Below are positions 37,355-46,672 of a DNA stretch of 49,646 nucleotides, in pieces. The notes under the pieces were generated by a model. That model searched no databases and was not told the origin of the DNA. It worked only from the letters and a program-made list of their open reading frames with translations. Position 1 is the first letter of the stretch, and the number at the start of each line of letters is the position of its first letter. Position numbers and translations under genes: made by a program. Source of the DNA: an uncultured Ramlibacter sp. (GTDB lineage Bacteria > Pseudomonadota > Gammaproteobacteria > Burkholderiales > Burkholderiaceae_C); assembly GCA_964620375.1 (NCBI GenBank), contig CAZUKC010000001.1:1-49646 (forward strand). Reading direction: 5' to 3'.

Positions 37355-39060
37355 TCGAGGACGCCAACGCAGTGCCACGCCACACCGTGCTGCGGGCCGA
37401 CGTGTGCGTGGTGGGCGCGGGCCCCGCCGGCATCGCGCTGACCCTGGCGCTGGGCGAGCGCGGCCTGCAGGTACTGCTGCTGGAGGCGGGCCGCCAGCCG
37501 CATGACGCCGCAGCGCAGGCGCTGTACGCGGGCGACCTGGCCAACGACCTGCACAGCCCGCCGCACCGTTACCGCCGGCGCGGCCTGGGCGGGTCCAGCG
37601 CGATTTGGGGCGGCCGCTGCATGCCGATGGACCCGATCGACTTCGAGCCGCGGCCCTGGGTGCCCTGGAGCGGCTGGCCCCTGGCCTACGAGACGCTGCA
37701 GCCCTATTACGCCGCGGCCAACGCGCTGGCCGAGGCCGGACGCTACGCCTACGACGCGCGTGAGGCCCTACCCGGCGCACCGCCCCTGATACGTGGCTGG
37801 CACAGCGACATCGTGAACACCGAGGGCCTGGAGCGCTTCTCCTGTCCCACCGACTTCGGCCGCCGCTACGCGCGGCGCCTGCGTGCCTCGCGCGTGATCC
37901 AGGTGCTGCGTGGCGCGGTGTGCACCGGCATCCGTCTGCAGAACGACGCCCCCACCGACCGGCCCGTGCCAGTGCGGGCGTTGGACATCCAGACGCTGGA
38001 CGGCAACCGGCTGCAGGCCCGCGCCCGTCTCGTGGTGCTGGCAGCCGGCGGGCTGGAGACCGCCCGCCTGCTTCTGTGTTCGAACGACGTACACCCGCGC
38101 GGCGTGGGTAACCGTCACGACGTGGTCGGCCGCTACTACATGTGCCACCTGGCGGGCAACCTGGGCACGCTTGCCCTGAACGGCACACCCGAGGTCGTTC
38201 GCCACGGCTACGAGGTCGCACCCGACGGCGTCTACTGCCGCCGGCGCCTGACCCTCTCGCCGGCCTGCCAGCGCCGCGAGCACCTGCTCAATGCGGTGGC
38301 GCGCCTGCACTTTCCGCGCATCGCCGACCCGGATCACCGCAGCGGCGTCCTGTCCGGACTGTTCCTGGCGCGGCGCTTCATCGGCTATGAATACAGCCGC
38401 CGGCTGCATGATGGCCGCCCGCTGTCGGTTCCGATGCTGGCGCGTCACGCGCTGAACGTGGCACGGGACGCAGGCCGTACCGCCGCCTTTCTCGGGCATT
38501 GGCTCACGCGTCGCACCCTGGCGCATCGCAAGTTTCCCTCGGTGATCCTGGCCAACACCACGAATCGTTTCAGCCTTGAGGTGCAGGCCGAGCAGCTGCC
38601 CCACCCGGACAGCCGGGTGACGCTGGCCGAAGGCCGCGATGCGTTGGGGTTGCAGCGCCTGCGCATCGACTGGCGCTACCGCCCCGAAGACATCGCCTCC
38701 GTCGGTCGCACGCTGGACCTGATGGCCGCCGACATCGCGCGCAGCGGCGTCGGCCACCTGCATGTCGACCCTGCGACGCTGGAAGAAGACCTGCTGCGTT
38801 ACGGTGCCTACGGCGGGCACCATCTGGGCACTGCGCGCATGGGGCTGGACCCGCGCACCAGCGTGGTCGATCCGCAGGCCCGCGTGCACGACGTGGACAA
38901 CCTCTACATCGCAGGCAGCGCGGTATTTCCCACCAGCGGGCAGGCCAATCCCACGCTGACCCTGCTGGCCCTCTCGCTGCGTCTGGCCGACCACCTCGTG
39001 CAGCGTCTGCAGCCACGGTCATCGAAGGCCCCTGCGGCTTTCGCGGAGGCGATGCCGTGA
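37351..39060 (+). CDS. GMC family FAD oxidoreductase
   Basis: VVGAGPAG, LGGSSAIWGG, LAAGGLETARLLL, HHLGTARMG, NPTLT. No signal peptide seen. Confidence 0.92.
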   Translation: MIEDANAVPRHTVLRADVCVVGAGPAGIALTLALGERGLQVLLLEAGRQPHDAAAQALYAGDLANDLHSPPHRYRRRGLGGSSAIWGGRCMPMDPIDFEPRPWVPWSGWPLAYETLQPYYAAANALAEAGRYAYDAREALPGAPPLIRGWHSDIVNTEGLERFSCPTDFGRRYARRLRASRVIQVLRGAVCTGIRLQNDAPTDRPVPVRALDIQTLDGNRLQARARLVVLAAGGLETARLLLCSNDVHPRGVGNRHDVVGRYYMCHLAGNLGTLALNGTPEVVRHGYEVAPDGVYCRRRLTLSPACQRREHLLNAVARLHFPRIADPDHRSGVLSGLFLARRFIGYEYSRRLHDGRPLSVPMLARHALNVARDAGRTAAFLGHWLTRRTLAHRKFPSVILANTTNRFSLEVQAEQLPHPDSRVTLAEGRDALGLQRLRIDWRYRPEDIASVGRTLDLMAADIARSGVGHLHVDPATLEEDLLRYGAYGGHHLGTARMGLDPRTSVVDPQARVHDVDNLYIAGSAVFPTSGQANPTLTLLALSLRLADHLVQRLQPRSSKAPAAFAEAMP

Positions 39061-40079
39061 AGGTGCTGGTGCTCGGGGGCAGCGGCTACATCGGCGCGCG
39101 TCTGGTGGCCCTGATGCGCGCTGACGGGCGCTACCTGCCGACCAGTGCCTCGCGAAGCGGGGGCACCGGCCACCTGCGCCTGGACACGCGCAATGAAGCC
39201 GCGCTCACGCAGGCCCTGCGCGGACAGGATGCAGTGGTGAACTGCGTCGCGGGTAGCGGGCCCGCGATCGCCGATGGCGCGCGCGCGCTGGCACATGCGG
39301 TGCGAGCCGCCCGCGTGCCGGCCGTGGTGCATTTGAGCAGCATGGCCGTCTATGGCGAGATGGACATGCCGGTGAACGAGGCCATGCCCCTGGGCCTGGC
39401 GCGCGGCTGGTACGCGCGGGCCAAGCAGGCCGCGGAGGCACAGGTGCTGGCCCTGGCGCACGAGTCACCGGACGAGCCCCCGCGGGTGACGGTATTGCGA
39501 CCGGGCTGCGTCTGGGGGCCCGGCAGCAGCCTTTGGGTACACCGTATCGTCCGCTGGCTGCGTCAGGGCCGCCTGGGCGACCTGGGCGAGAACGGAGATG
39601 GCTGGACACACGGCGTGGCAGTGGACGATGTGTGCGCCGCCATCGTGCGGTCGCTGCAGCGGCCCGCGGTACCAGGCGTGCCCCGGATCCTGAACCTGGC
39701 GGCGCCCGACAGCCCCCGCTGGAACGACTGGTTCCGCGATCTCGCGCTCGCCGTGGGCGCCACGCCGCTGCGCCGCATCCGGCCCACGCAGCTGCGGGCC
39801 GACGCGTGGGGGCTGGGACCGCCGCTGCACCTGGCGCGCCGCCTGCTCGCGGCGACGGGCCATGACCCGCAGGCGCTGCCCGATCCGATCTCGCCCGGGC
39901 TGCTGCGCCTGTGGCGGCGCCCGCTGCGCATGGACGCCAGCGCCGCGACGCGCGTACTGGACCTGCGATGGACGCCCTACCCGATCGCACTGCGCCAGTG
40001 CGTGGCCGCCCTCACGGCAGGCCCCGCGAGGTCCGCTGACCCGGGCTGCGAGCCGCCAGATGCAGCGCCCGCGCGATGA
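39057..40079 (+). CDS. NAD-dependent epimerase/dehydratase
   Basis: GGSGYIG, HLSSMAVYG, YARAK, LRPGCVWGP. Confidence 0.9.
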   Translation: MKVLVLGGSGYIGARLVALMRADGRYLPTSASRSGGTGHLRLDTRNEAALTQALRGQDAVVNCVAGSGPAIADGARALAHAVRAARVPAVVHLSSMAVYGEMDMPVNEAMPLGLARGWYARAKQAAEAQVLALAHESPDEPPRVTVLRPGCVWGPGSSLWVHRIVRWLRQGRLGDLGENGDGWTHGVAVDDVCAAIVRSLQRPAVPGVPRILNLAAPDSPRWNDWFRDLALAVGATPLRRIRPTQLRADAWGLGPPLHLARRLLAATGHDPQALPDPISPGLLRLWRRPLRMDASAATRVLDLRWTPYPIALRQCVAALTAGPARSADPGCEPPDAAPAR

Positions 40080-40785
40080 ACACCGGATTGCCCACCACGT
40101 AGCGGCGAAACAGCCGACGTGGCTCACACGCCAGGCGCCATCCCCACTCCAGGCCCAGGTGACGCAGCGCCTGAGGGGCGCGGGGGGTACGCGCGCCCAG
40201 GAAGTCCAGGATGGCGCCGCCGCAGACGATCAGGCAGGGCCGGGTGAGCCGATCGCGCAGGATCAGGGCCACCTCCTCCTGCCGCGGCATGCCCATGCCC
40301 AGGACGATGAGGGCGGGCGCGTACACGCAGGCGAGCCGCACATAGTCCTGGGCCGGCAGGAAGCCGTGCGCCATGACGCAGGGCGAGCCCGGCGCCAGGT
40401 CGCGTGCCACCGCGCGGGCCGCACGCCCAAGCCAGGGCTGCTGCGTCCCGAACAGCGCCAGCGGTGCACCCGCGTGGCGCCGCAGCAGGCGCGGGATCAG
40501 GTCAGTGCCGTTCAGGTTCCGCCCCGGGGGTTGATCAAGCAGGGTCAGGAGCAAGGCCATGCCAACGCCATCGCGCAGCAGCAGGTCGGCGCCCGACAGG
40601 GCCTCAAAGAAGCGCGCGTCCTGCGCAGCGAAATTCATGGCGTGCGCATTGACAAAGGCCAGCACCCGCGGCCGGTCGGGGGCTGCGAGCCAGTCCAGCA
40701 GCTGGTCCTCGCCGCGCGGGCCATGGACCCGCAGCAGCGCGCGCACCAGCGCCTGCCAACGCAGCGGCCAGTCCGGCGCGGTCAC
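40012..40785 (-). CDS. WecG/TagA/CpsF family glycosyltransferase (GT26)
   Basis: FVNAHAMN, LRDGVG, NGTDL, LGMGMPRQE, GGAILDF, EPRRLFRRY. GTG start overlaps the epsG stop. Confidence 0.9.
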   Translation of the reverse strand: MTAPDWPLRWQALVRALLRVHGPRGEDQLLDWLAAPDRPRVLAFVNAHAMNFAAQDARFFEALSGADLLLRDGVGMALLLTLLDQPPGRNLNGTDLIPRLLRRHAGAPLALFGTQQPWLGRAARAVARDLAPGSPCVMAHGFLPAQDYVRLACVYAPALIVLGMGMPRQEEVALILRDRLTRPCLIVCGGAILDFLGARTPRAPQALRHLGLEWGWRLACEPRRLFRRYVVGNPVFIARALHLAARSPGQRTSRGLP

Positions 40786-41684
40786 GACCGGCCCGTGCGA
40801 TTGAGCACAGCACCCACCACGGTGACTCCGAACTGGCGCAGGCCCGAGGCGACGGCGGACAGACCCGGTACCGAACTCGCGTCGCGAGAGGCCACCACCA
40901 TCGCGGCGCCCGCGCGGGCTGCGATGGTGGCCGCATCGGCAGTGCCCAGATACGCGGGCGTGTCCACCAGGATGACCTCGAAGCTGCTTCGCAGCGCCGA
41001 CAGCAGGCGCGGAAAGGCACTGCGCGCCAGCAGCTCCTGCGGGTTGGGCGGCAGCGTGCCGGCCGGCAGGAGCGACAGGCCCGGCAGGGCCGCAATCTCC
41101 ACCACCACCTCGGTGCCCGCACGGCCGGCGAGCACGGTGGACAGGCCCAGCCGGCCCGGCACCCCGAACAGGCGGTGCTGGCGCGGGTGGCGCAGGTCGG
41201 CATCGACCACCAGGGTGCGCTTGCCCAGTTGCGCGAGCAGCGCCGCGAGGTTGGCCGTGATGTAGCTGCGCCCCTCGGCGCGTGCGGGGCTCACGATGGC
41301 CAGCGCCGCGGGGCGCGCGTCGTTCTCGAACCACCCCAGCATCAGCTGGCTGCGCAGAGAACGCAGGTGTTCGACCGCCGGACTCTCAGGCTCCCAGGCC
41401 GCCACCAGCTCACTGGCCAGGGTGCAGTCTCGCGGCAGGCTCACGTGACCGAACTGCAACGCCAGCGCCAGGCGAATATCCTGCGGCCCCAGCAGGCCCA
41501 TCTCCAGGCCCGCCTCGCCATACAGCTGCCCGGTCACCAGCTGGCGCGCGTGAATGCGTTCGGCGTCACGCGCAGACAGTCGGCCCCGGTCCACCAGCAG
41601 GGCGCCGAGGGGCTGCGCGGCATGGCGGGGGAAGGCCACCGGGGCCTCGGTCTCGCGCGCCTGGGGCAGTGCGGGCGGGTTCAT
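40782..41684 (-). CDS. epsG: EpsG-type chain-length determinant/BY-kinase-like protein
   Basis: N-terminal LGALLVDRGRLS domain, EHLRSLRSQL, P-loop SPARAEGRS, VDADLR, PPNPQELL, VDTP. Confidence 0.82.
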   Translation of the reverse strand: MNPPALPQARETEAPVAFPRHAAQPLGALLVDRGRLSARDAERIHARQLVTGQLYGEAGLEMGLLGPQDIRLALALQFGHVSLPRDCTLASELVAAWEPESPAVEHLRSLRSQLMLGWFENDARPAALAIVSPARAEGRSYITANLAALLAQLGKRTLVVDADLRHPRQHRLFGVPGRLGLSTVLAGRAGTEVVVEIAALPGLSLLPAGTLPPNPQELLARSAFPRLLSALRSSFEVILVDTPAYLGTADAATIAARAGAAMVVASRDASSVPGLSAVASGLRQFGVTVVGAVLNRTGRS

Positions 41685-43036
41685 GCGGCGGCTCCGCCCG
41701 AAAAGCCCAGGCTGCGACGCGGGCCGGCGAGCGCCGCCAGGCCGGTGTAGGCCGGAGGCAGGCTGGCCAGTACCGGCAGATCGGCCGCCTGGATGATGTC
41801 GTCCACCGAGCGCACGCGCCGCTGCACAAGCTCCAGCATCAAGGCCCCGACCACCGCCAGCAGGAGCCCCGCCACCGCAGCCACCGCCAGAACCTGCGCG
41901 AGGCTGGGGCCGGCGGGTTCGACCGGCTCGGTGGCGGGTGCGATCTGGGTCAGGTAGGTCTGCGTGGCCAGGCTCTCCAGGCGGGTCTTGCTGGCGTTGG
42001 CGCTCACCGTCTCGAAGGCACGGCGCGCCGCGTCCACGTCCTGCTGCAGGAGCGCCAGCTGCCCGCGCTGGCGATTCAGAGCCAGCACCTGCGCTCGCTG
42101 GGTCTGCAGCGCCGCGTTCAGCTCCTGTTCACGGGTACGACTGGCGCGGTAGCTCGCGTCAATGCCACTGGCGATGCGCCGGGTCTCACCGGCCAGGCGC
42201 CCCTGCAGCGCGTCGCGCTCGGCCTGCAGCCGAAGCAGCTGCGGATGGCGCGGCCCCAGGGTCGCGGCGCTTTCCTGCAGGCGGGCCTCGGCCCGGGCCA
42301 GATCCGTCCTGAGTGCGTTCACCAGGGGGCTTTGCATCACCTCGGCCACGGTGTCGCTGGCGGCGGCGCGCCGGCTCTGGCTGTCGGTAGTCTGGGCCTG
42401 CACCTGGGCCAGCTGCAACGAGAGCTCACGCAGGCGGGCGATCTCGTGGTCCACCTGCTCGGTACCGACGATGCCCGCGCGCTGCTGGAAATCGGACAGA
42501 CGGGTCTGCGCGGCTTCGAGCTGGCGGCGGCTGGCCTCGACCTGGGTGTCGTACCAGCCCGACCCCTGCTTGGCCGGGGCAGTCTGGATCTCCAGGGCCA
42601 CCTCGACGAAGGCACGGGCCAGCGCGTTGGCGCCCTGCGCCGCCTCAGCCGGCGTGGGGGCGGTCCAGCCCACGTGGATGATGTTGCTCTCGCGCGCTGG
42701 GCGCACCCGCACACGCGCGTGGGCCTGCTGCATCCATTCGCGACGCCGGGCGGCGTCCAGATGACCGGCGGCCTGCATCAGGTCCAGCGCGCGCTGCACC
42801 ACGCGGTCGCTGCGGGCGATGTCGACCTGCGTGGCCATGTAGCTGGCGACCAGCGCCGGGGCGAAGCCACCACCGACCCGCTCGGACTGCACGTCGACCA
42901 TCACCGGAACATCAGCGGTGTAGTGCTCGGGCCGCAGCAGGGCCCAAAGCAGCAGGACGGCCAGCGTGGCCAGCAGGATCAGGGCGGCCGTCATGCGACG
43001 CGCGCGCAGGATGGACAGGAACTGCAGGAGGCTCAT
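41681..43036 (-). CDS. epsF: EpsF-type chain-length determinant (polysaccharide co-polymerase)
   Basis: MSLLQFLSILRAR, YMATQVDI, long coiled coil, two TM helices. Confidence 0.85.
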   Translation of the reverse strand: MSLLQFLSILRARRMTAALILLATLAVLLLWALLRPEHYTADVPVMVDVQSERVGGGFAPALVASYMATQVDIARSDRVVQRALDLMQAAGHLDAARRREWMQQAHARVRVRPARESNIIHVGWTAPTPAEAAQGANALARAFVEVALEIQTAPAKQGSGWYDTQVEASRRQLEAAQTRLSDFQQRAGIVGTEQVDHEIARLRELSLQLAQVQAQTTDSQSRRAAASDTVAEVMQSPLVNALRTDLARAEARLQESAATLGPRHPQLLRLQAERDALQGRLAGETRRIASGIDASYRASRTREQELNAALQTQRAQVLALNRQRGQLALLQQDVDAARRAFETVSANASKTRLESLATQTYLTQIAPATEPVEPAGPSLAQVLAVAAVAGLLLAVVGALMLELVQRRVRSVDDIIQAADLPVLASLPPAYTGLAALAGPRRSLGFSGGAAA

Positions 43037-43060
43037 GGCGGCACCGTGGAAGTGGAGGAA

Positions 43061-43912
43061 TCAGAAAAGGCTTTCGCGCACGAACAGCACGTCGTTGGGC
43101 TGCACCAGATCGGTCAGCTGCGGTGTGGACTGCACGATGGCGCCGTCGGGCCCTGCGCGGTGCAGGCGCAGCCGGTTCTGGCTGCCACGGGGCGTGATGC
43201 CACCGCCGGCGGCCAGGGCCTGCATCACCGTCATGCCTCGCTCGATCCGATAGGGGCCGGGCCGCTGCGCCTGTCCGTACAGGTAGAAGACCGGCGCGCG
43301 CGGGATGAACAGCGCGTCGCCCCCCTGCAGCACCAGGTCCTGCTGCGAGGTGTCGCCGGAGAAGAGGCTGGGGATGTCGATCACGCGGCGAAACGCGACG
43401 CCCTCGCGCACGCCAGTGACCACCACCGCGTCGTCGCCCAAGGGGGTGACGCCGCCGGCTGCGGCGATCATCTCGCTGGCGCGCACGTTGGCGGTCTCCA
43501 GGGTGAACCGCCCGGGCCGGGCCACCTGGCCTAGCACCGCAACCTGGCTGCCTCGTACCTGCAGCAGGTTGATGTTGACCTGCGGCGCCTTCAGAAAGCG
43601 GCCCTCGCGCAGGGCCGACGCGATGCGCCGCTCGGCCTCGCCCAGCGCCAGGCCGCCCAGCGTCAGGCTGCCCACCAAGGGATAGTTGATGGTGCCGTTC
43701 TCGGAGACGCGGGCCTCGACGGTGAGGTCGGGGTTCTGGAACACCTGCACGCGGATCGAATCGCCAGGGCCCAGTCGGTACTCACTCGCACCAGAAGTAG
43801 GCGAAGCGGTGGCGGGGTCGATACCCCAGGCGGGCGCGGCGAGCGCGCAAGCGGCGGCCAGCACCCAGGCGATGAGCGCGCGTCCGCAGGAGGTGGCGGA
43901 AAGAGGGACCAT
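43061..43912 (-). CDS. epsE: EpsE-type polysaccharide export protein (Wza/SLBB)
   Basis: YRLGPGDSIRVQVFQNPDL, VLGQVARPG, QALAAGGGITPRG, VRESLF. Confidence 0.88.
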   Translation of the reverse strand: MVPLSATSCGRALIAWVLAAACALAAPAWGIDPATASPTSGASEYRLGPGDSIRVQVFQNPDLTVEARVSENGTINYPLVGSLTLGGLALGEAERRIASALREGRFLKAPQVNINLLQVRGSQVAVLGQVARPGRFTLETANVRASEMIAAAGGVTPLGDDAVVVTGVREGVAFRRVIDIPSLFSGDTSQQDLVLQGGDALFIPRAPVFYLYGQAQRPGPYRIERGMTVMQALAAGGGITPRGSQNRLRLHRAGPDGAIVQSTPQLTDLVQPNDVLFVRESLF

Positions 43913-43951
43913 GGATGCAAGCTCCGGTTCAACGAGAGAAAGGGAAGGACT

Positions 43952-45133
43952 TCAAAAATGGAGTCGGACGCCCAGGGCCACCACATTCGCGCGAAAGTCC
44001 AGGCCCACGAGGTTGGACCTGCGACGCTCCTGTCGCACCGACGCGGTGAACTCCAGGAGACGGCTCGGGGTCCATTCGAAGGTCAGCGCGTTCCAGCGGG
44101 TGCGGTCCTCGCGACCCAGGTCGGGCGAGGCGGGCGAGACCACCTGCCATTCGCGCCGTTGCGTGGTGTGTCGAAAGCGCAGGGCGGTTTTCTCCGAGGG
44201 CTTCCAGGTTGGCGCCAGCTGTGCGCGCCAGCCGCGGACACGCCCGCCGCTGCCGAACTCGTAGCTTCCCAGGTCACGCGCAAAACCCGCTTCGACCGAG
44301 GTGCGCGGCGAGTAGGTCCAACGCAGGGTGGTGTCGGCGATCAGGCCCTTGAAGTCGCGTACGGGCTCGGTGTCGTGCACGCGGTCCAGATAGGCGACAC
44401 GCGCGTCCAGTGCGGTCTTGGCGGTGGCCGGCCAGCGCAGGCGGACCGAGGGCTCGGTCTCGCGAAACCCGATGCCACTGGCCACCCCGCCGTAGTCGCC
44501 CTCACCGCGCCGCACCTGCGCGGTCAGGAGCGTGCCGGTGCTCGACTCATAGCCACCGCCCAGGTGCACGCTGGACACGGTGGGACTGGCCTCCAGCGTA
44601 CGCGGGTCGTCACTGCGTCTGCGGGACTGGTCCAGACCCGCCAGCGTGCGCCAGCCGCCATGCCCGAGCAGCGTCACCTCGGCCAGCTCGTGTCGCTCGG
44701 TGCGCCGGCTGACGCCGCCCGTGAGCACGGAGGCGTTGGTGATGTCCCGCGACTGGCGCTGATCGGCGCTGAGGACGCCCCGCACGGCCGGCGTGACCTG
44801 GAAGGTCCATCCGCCCGCGTAGTTGAAGGTGGAATAGTCCAGGTGGTCGGCATCGCGGAAGCGAAAGCGACTGGCCTGCGCCTGCAGGGTCAGGTGCTGC
44901 AGGCTATAGCGCTTGTCCACCCGCACGCCGGCAGTGAACACGCCAATCTCGTCGGACACGGGGCTCGCGGAGCGCAGGACGTTGGAGTCGCGCTCCACCG
45001 CCACGCCCGCGTGCAGGGCCAGCACCGGGGCGGGCGTCTCGTCCGGCCCCTGGCCCCGTGCCAGGTCGGGCACCGTCAGGAGCATCACCGGGATCCCTGC
45101 GATGCAGGCGCGGGTGCAGGAGAGGGTCTTCAC
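43952..45133 (-). CDS. epsL: EpsL-type outer-membrane beta-barrel of polysaccharide export
   Basis: Signal peptide, RDSNVLR, alternating beta-strand pattern, C-terminal Phe. Probable start GTG 45133 after AAGGA. Confidence 0.75.
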   Translation of the reverse strand: MKTLSCTRACIAGIPVMLLTVPDLARGQGPDETPAPVLALHAGVAVERDSNVLRSASPVSDEIGVFTAGVRVDKRYSLQHLTLQAQASRFRFRDADHLDYSTFNYAGGWTFQVTPAVRGVLSADQRQSRDITNASVLTGGVSRRTERHELAEVTLLGHGGWRTLAGLDQSRRRSDDPRTLEASPTVSSVHLGGGYESSTGTLLTAQVRRGEGDYGGVASGIGFRETEPSVRLRWPATAKTALDARVAYLDRVHDTEPVRDFKGLIADTTLRWTYSPRTSVEAGFARDLGSYEFGSGGRVRGWRAQLAPTWKPSEKTALRFRHTTQRREWQVVSPASPDLGREDRTRWNALTFEWTPSRLLEFTASVRQERRRSNLVGLDFRANVVALGVRLHF

Positions 45134-45235
45134 GCCGTGGTCCTTTGCGCTGTGCGTATCCCCACATGGTGGGTGACGAGGCACAACCCCAGCAATGGTC
45201 CGTTCGGGCCAGCGCATCGCAAGACCGGCAGGGTT

Positions 45236-46672
45236 TCAGTAGGCCGCTGCATCGCGGAACACCAGACGTACGGTGCGCGCGATGATGACCAGGTCCAACG
45301 CCAGCGACCAGTGCCGCAGGTAGTCGATATCCATCTGCACACGCGCCTGCATCAGGGCCAGCGAGCGCGTCTCGCCGCGCAGGCCGTGTACCTGCGCCCA
45401 GCCCGTGATCCCCGGCCGAACCTTGTGACGCACCATGTAGCTGCGGATCTGGGCGCGATACAGCTCGTTGTGGGCCACCGCATGCGGGCGCGGGCCAACC
45501 ACACTCATGCGTCCCTGCAGCACGTTGATCAACTGCGGCAGTTCGTCCAGCGACGTGCGGCGCATGAAGGCCCCCAAGGGCGTGATGCGTGCGTCATGGC
45601 GCTGCGCCTGCACGATGGTGGGACCATCCTCCACCACCGTCATCGAGCGGAACTTGTAGACGACGATCTCCTGGCCGTCCAGGCCGTAGCGTCGCTGGCG
45701 AAAGATCACCGGTCCGGGCGAGGTGAGCTTGACCGCCAGGGCCAGGGCCACCATCAGCGGCGAGACCAGCAGCAGCAGGGCGCTGGCCAGCACCAGATCG
45801 GACAGGCGCTTGACCAGACCGGCCGCCCCCCGAAACGGCGTGTCGCACACGCTGATCACGGGCAGACCGCAGACCGCGTCGGCGCGCCCTTGAATCAGGT
45901 CGGTGACAAACAAGTCCGGTACGAAATAGACCGAGGCAGTGGTGTCCTGCAAGTCCTCGAGCAGGGCTCGGATACGTGGCTGCGAGGCCATGGGCAGGGA
46001 CAGGTACACCTGGTGCACACGCTGGGCCTTGATGAACGGCGCAACGTCCGCCAAAGCGCCCAGGCGCGGCGCGGCATGGTCCGCTGGCAAGCGAGACGCC
46101 GCACGGTCGTCGAAGCAGCCCACCAGGGTGATGCCCGTGTTCGCGGCATGACGCAGTCGGCTGGCCAGCGCCTGGCCCTGCGTGTTCAGCCCGACCACCA
46201 CCGCCCGCAGGGGTGCGCCCTGCAGCCGCAGCAGCCACGGCGCGGACCGCCGCAAAGCGGCGTGCCCCGCCAGTTGCAGGGCGGGGGCGAGCCACAGCCA
46301 GTGCAGCAGCACCTGCGGCGATAGGCTCGCCAGCTGCCCGGTCACCTGCCCCGCCAGCAGCAGCACCAGCACCACCCACAGCCAGCCCGCGAGGCCGCGC
46401 GCCACCCAGGCGCCCGGGCGGCCGACTGGCGCCTCCCAAGATCCTGGAAACGCGAGCGCGAACGCCAACACGGACACCAGCAGCCACTGCGTCGTGAGCG
46501 CACCCTCCAGCGCCCAGACCAGGACCCAGAGGGACACAGCGGCAGCGACAGGATCGACCAGACCGTGCGCCAGCCGCAGCACGCGGTTGCTGCTGTCATG
46601 GGCGTGGCGTGGGGTCTGCAGTCCGCGCGGCAGACCCCGCGCCGCGGAAAGAAGCGAGCCGGCGTCAGGCAT
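45236..46672 (-). CDS. Undecaprenyl-phosphate glucose phosphotransferase (WcaJ/EpsB, priming GT)
   Basis: KRLSDL, FRQRRYG, KFRSM, RTSLDELPQL, VGPRP, PGITGWAQ. Confidence 0.94.
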   Translation of the reverse strand: MPDAGSLLSAARGLPRGLQTPRHAHDSSNRVLRLAHGLVDPVAAAVSLWVLVWALEGALTTQWLLVSVLAFALAFPGSWEAPVGRPGAWVARGLAGWLWVVLVLLLAGQVTGQLASLSPQVLLHWLWLAPALQLAGHAALRRSAPWLLRLQGAPLRAVVVGLNTQGQALASRLRHAANTGITLVGCFDDRAASRLPADHAAPRLGALADVAPFIKAQRVHQVYLSLPMASQPRIRALLEDLQDTTASVYFVPDLFVTDLIQGRADAVCGLPVISVCDTPFRGAAGLVKRLSDLVLASALLLLVSPLMVALALAVKLTSPGPVIFRQRRYGLDGQEIVVYKFRSMTVVEDGPTIVQAQRHDARITPLGAFMRRTSLDELPQLINVLQGRMSVVGPRPHAVAHNELYRAQIRSYMVRHKVRPGITGWAQVHGLRGETRSLALMQARVQMDIDYLRHWSLALDLVIIARTVRLVFRDAAAY

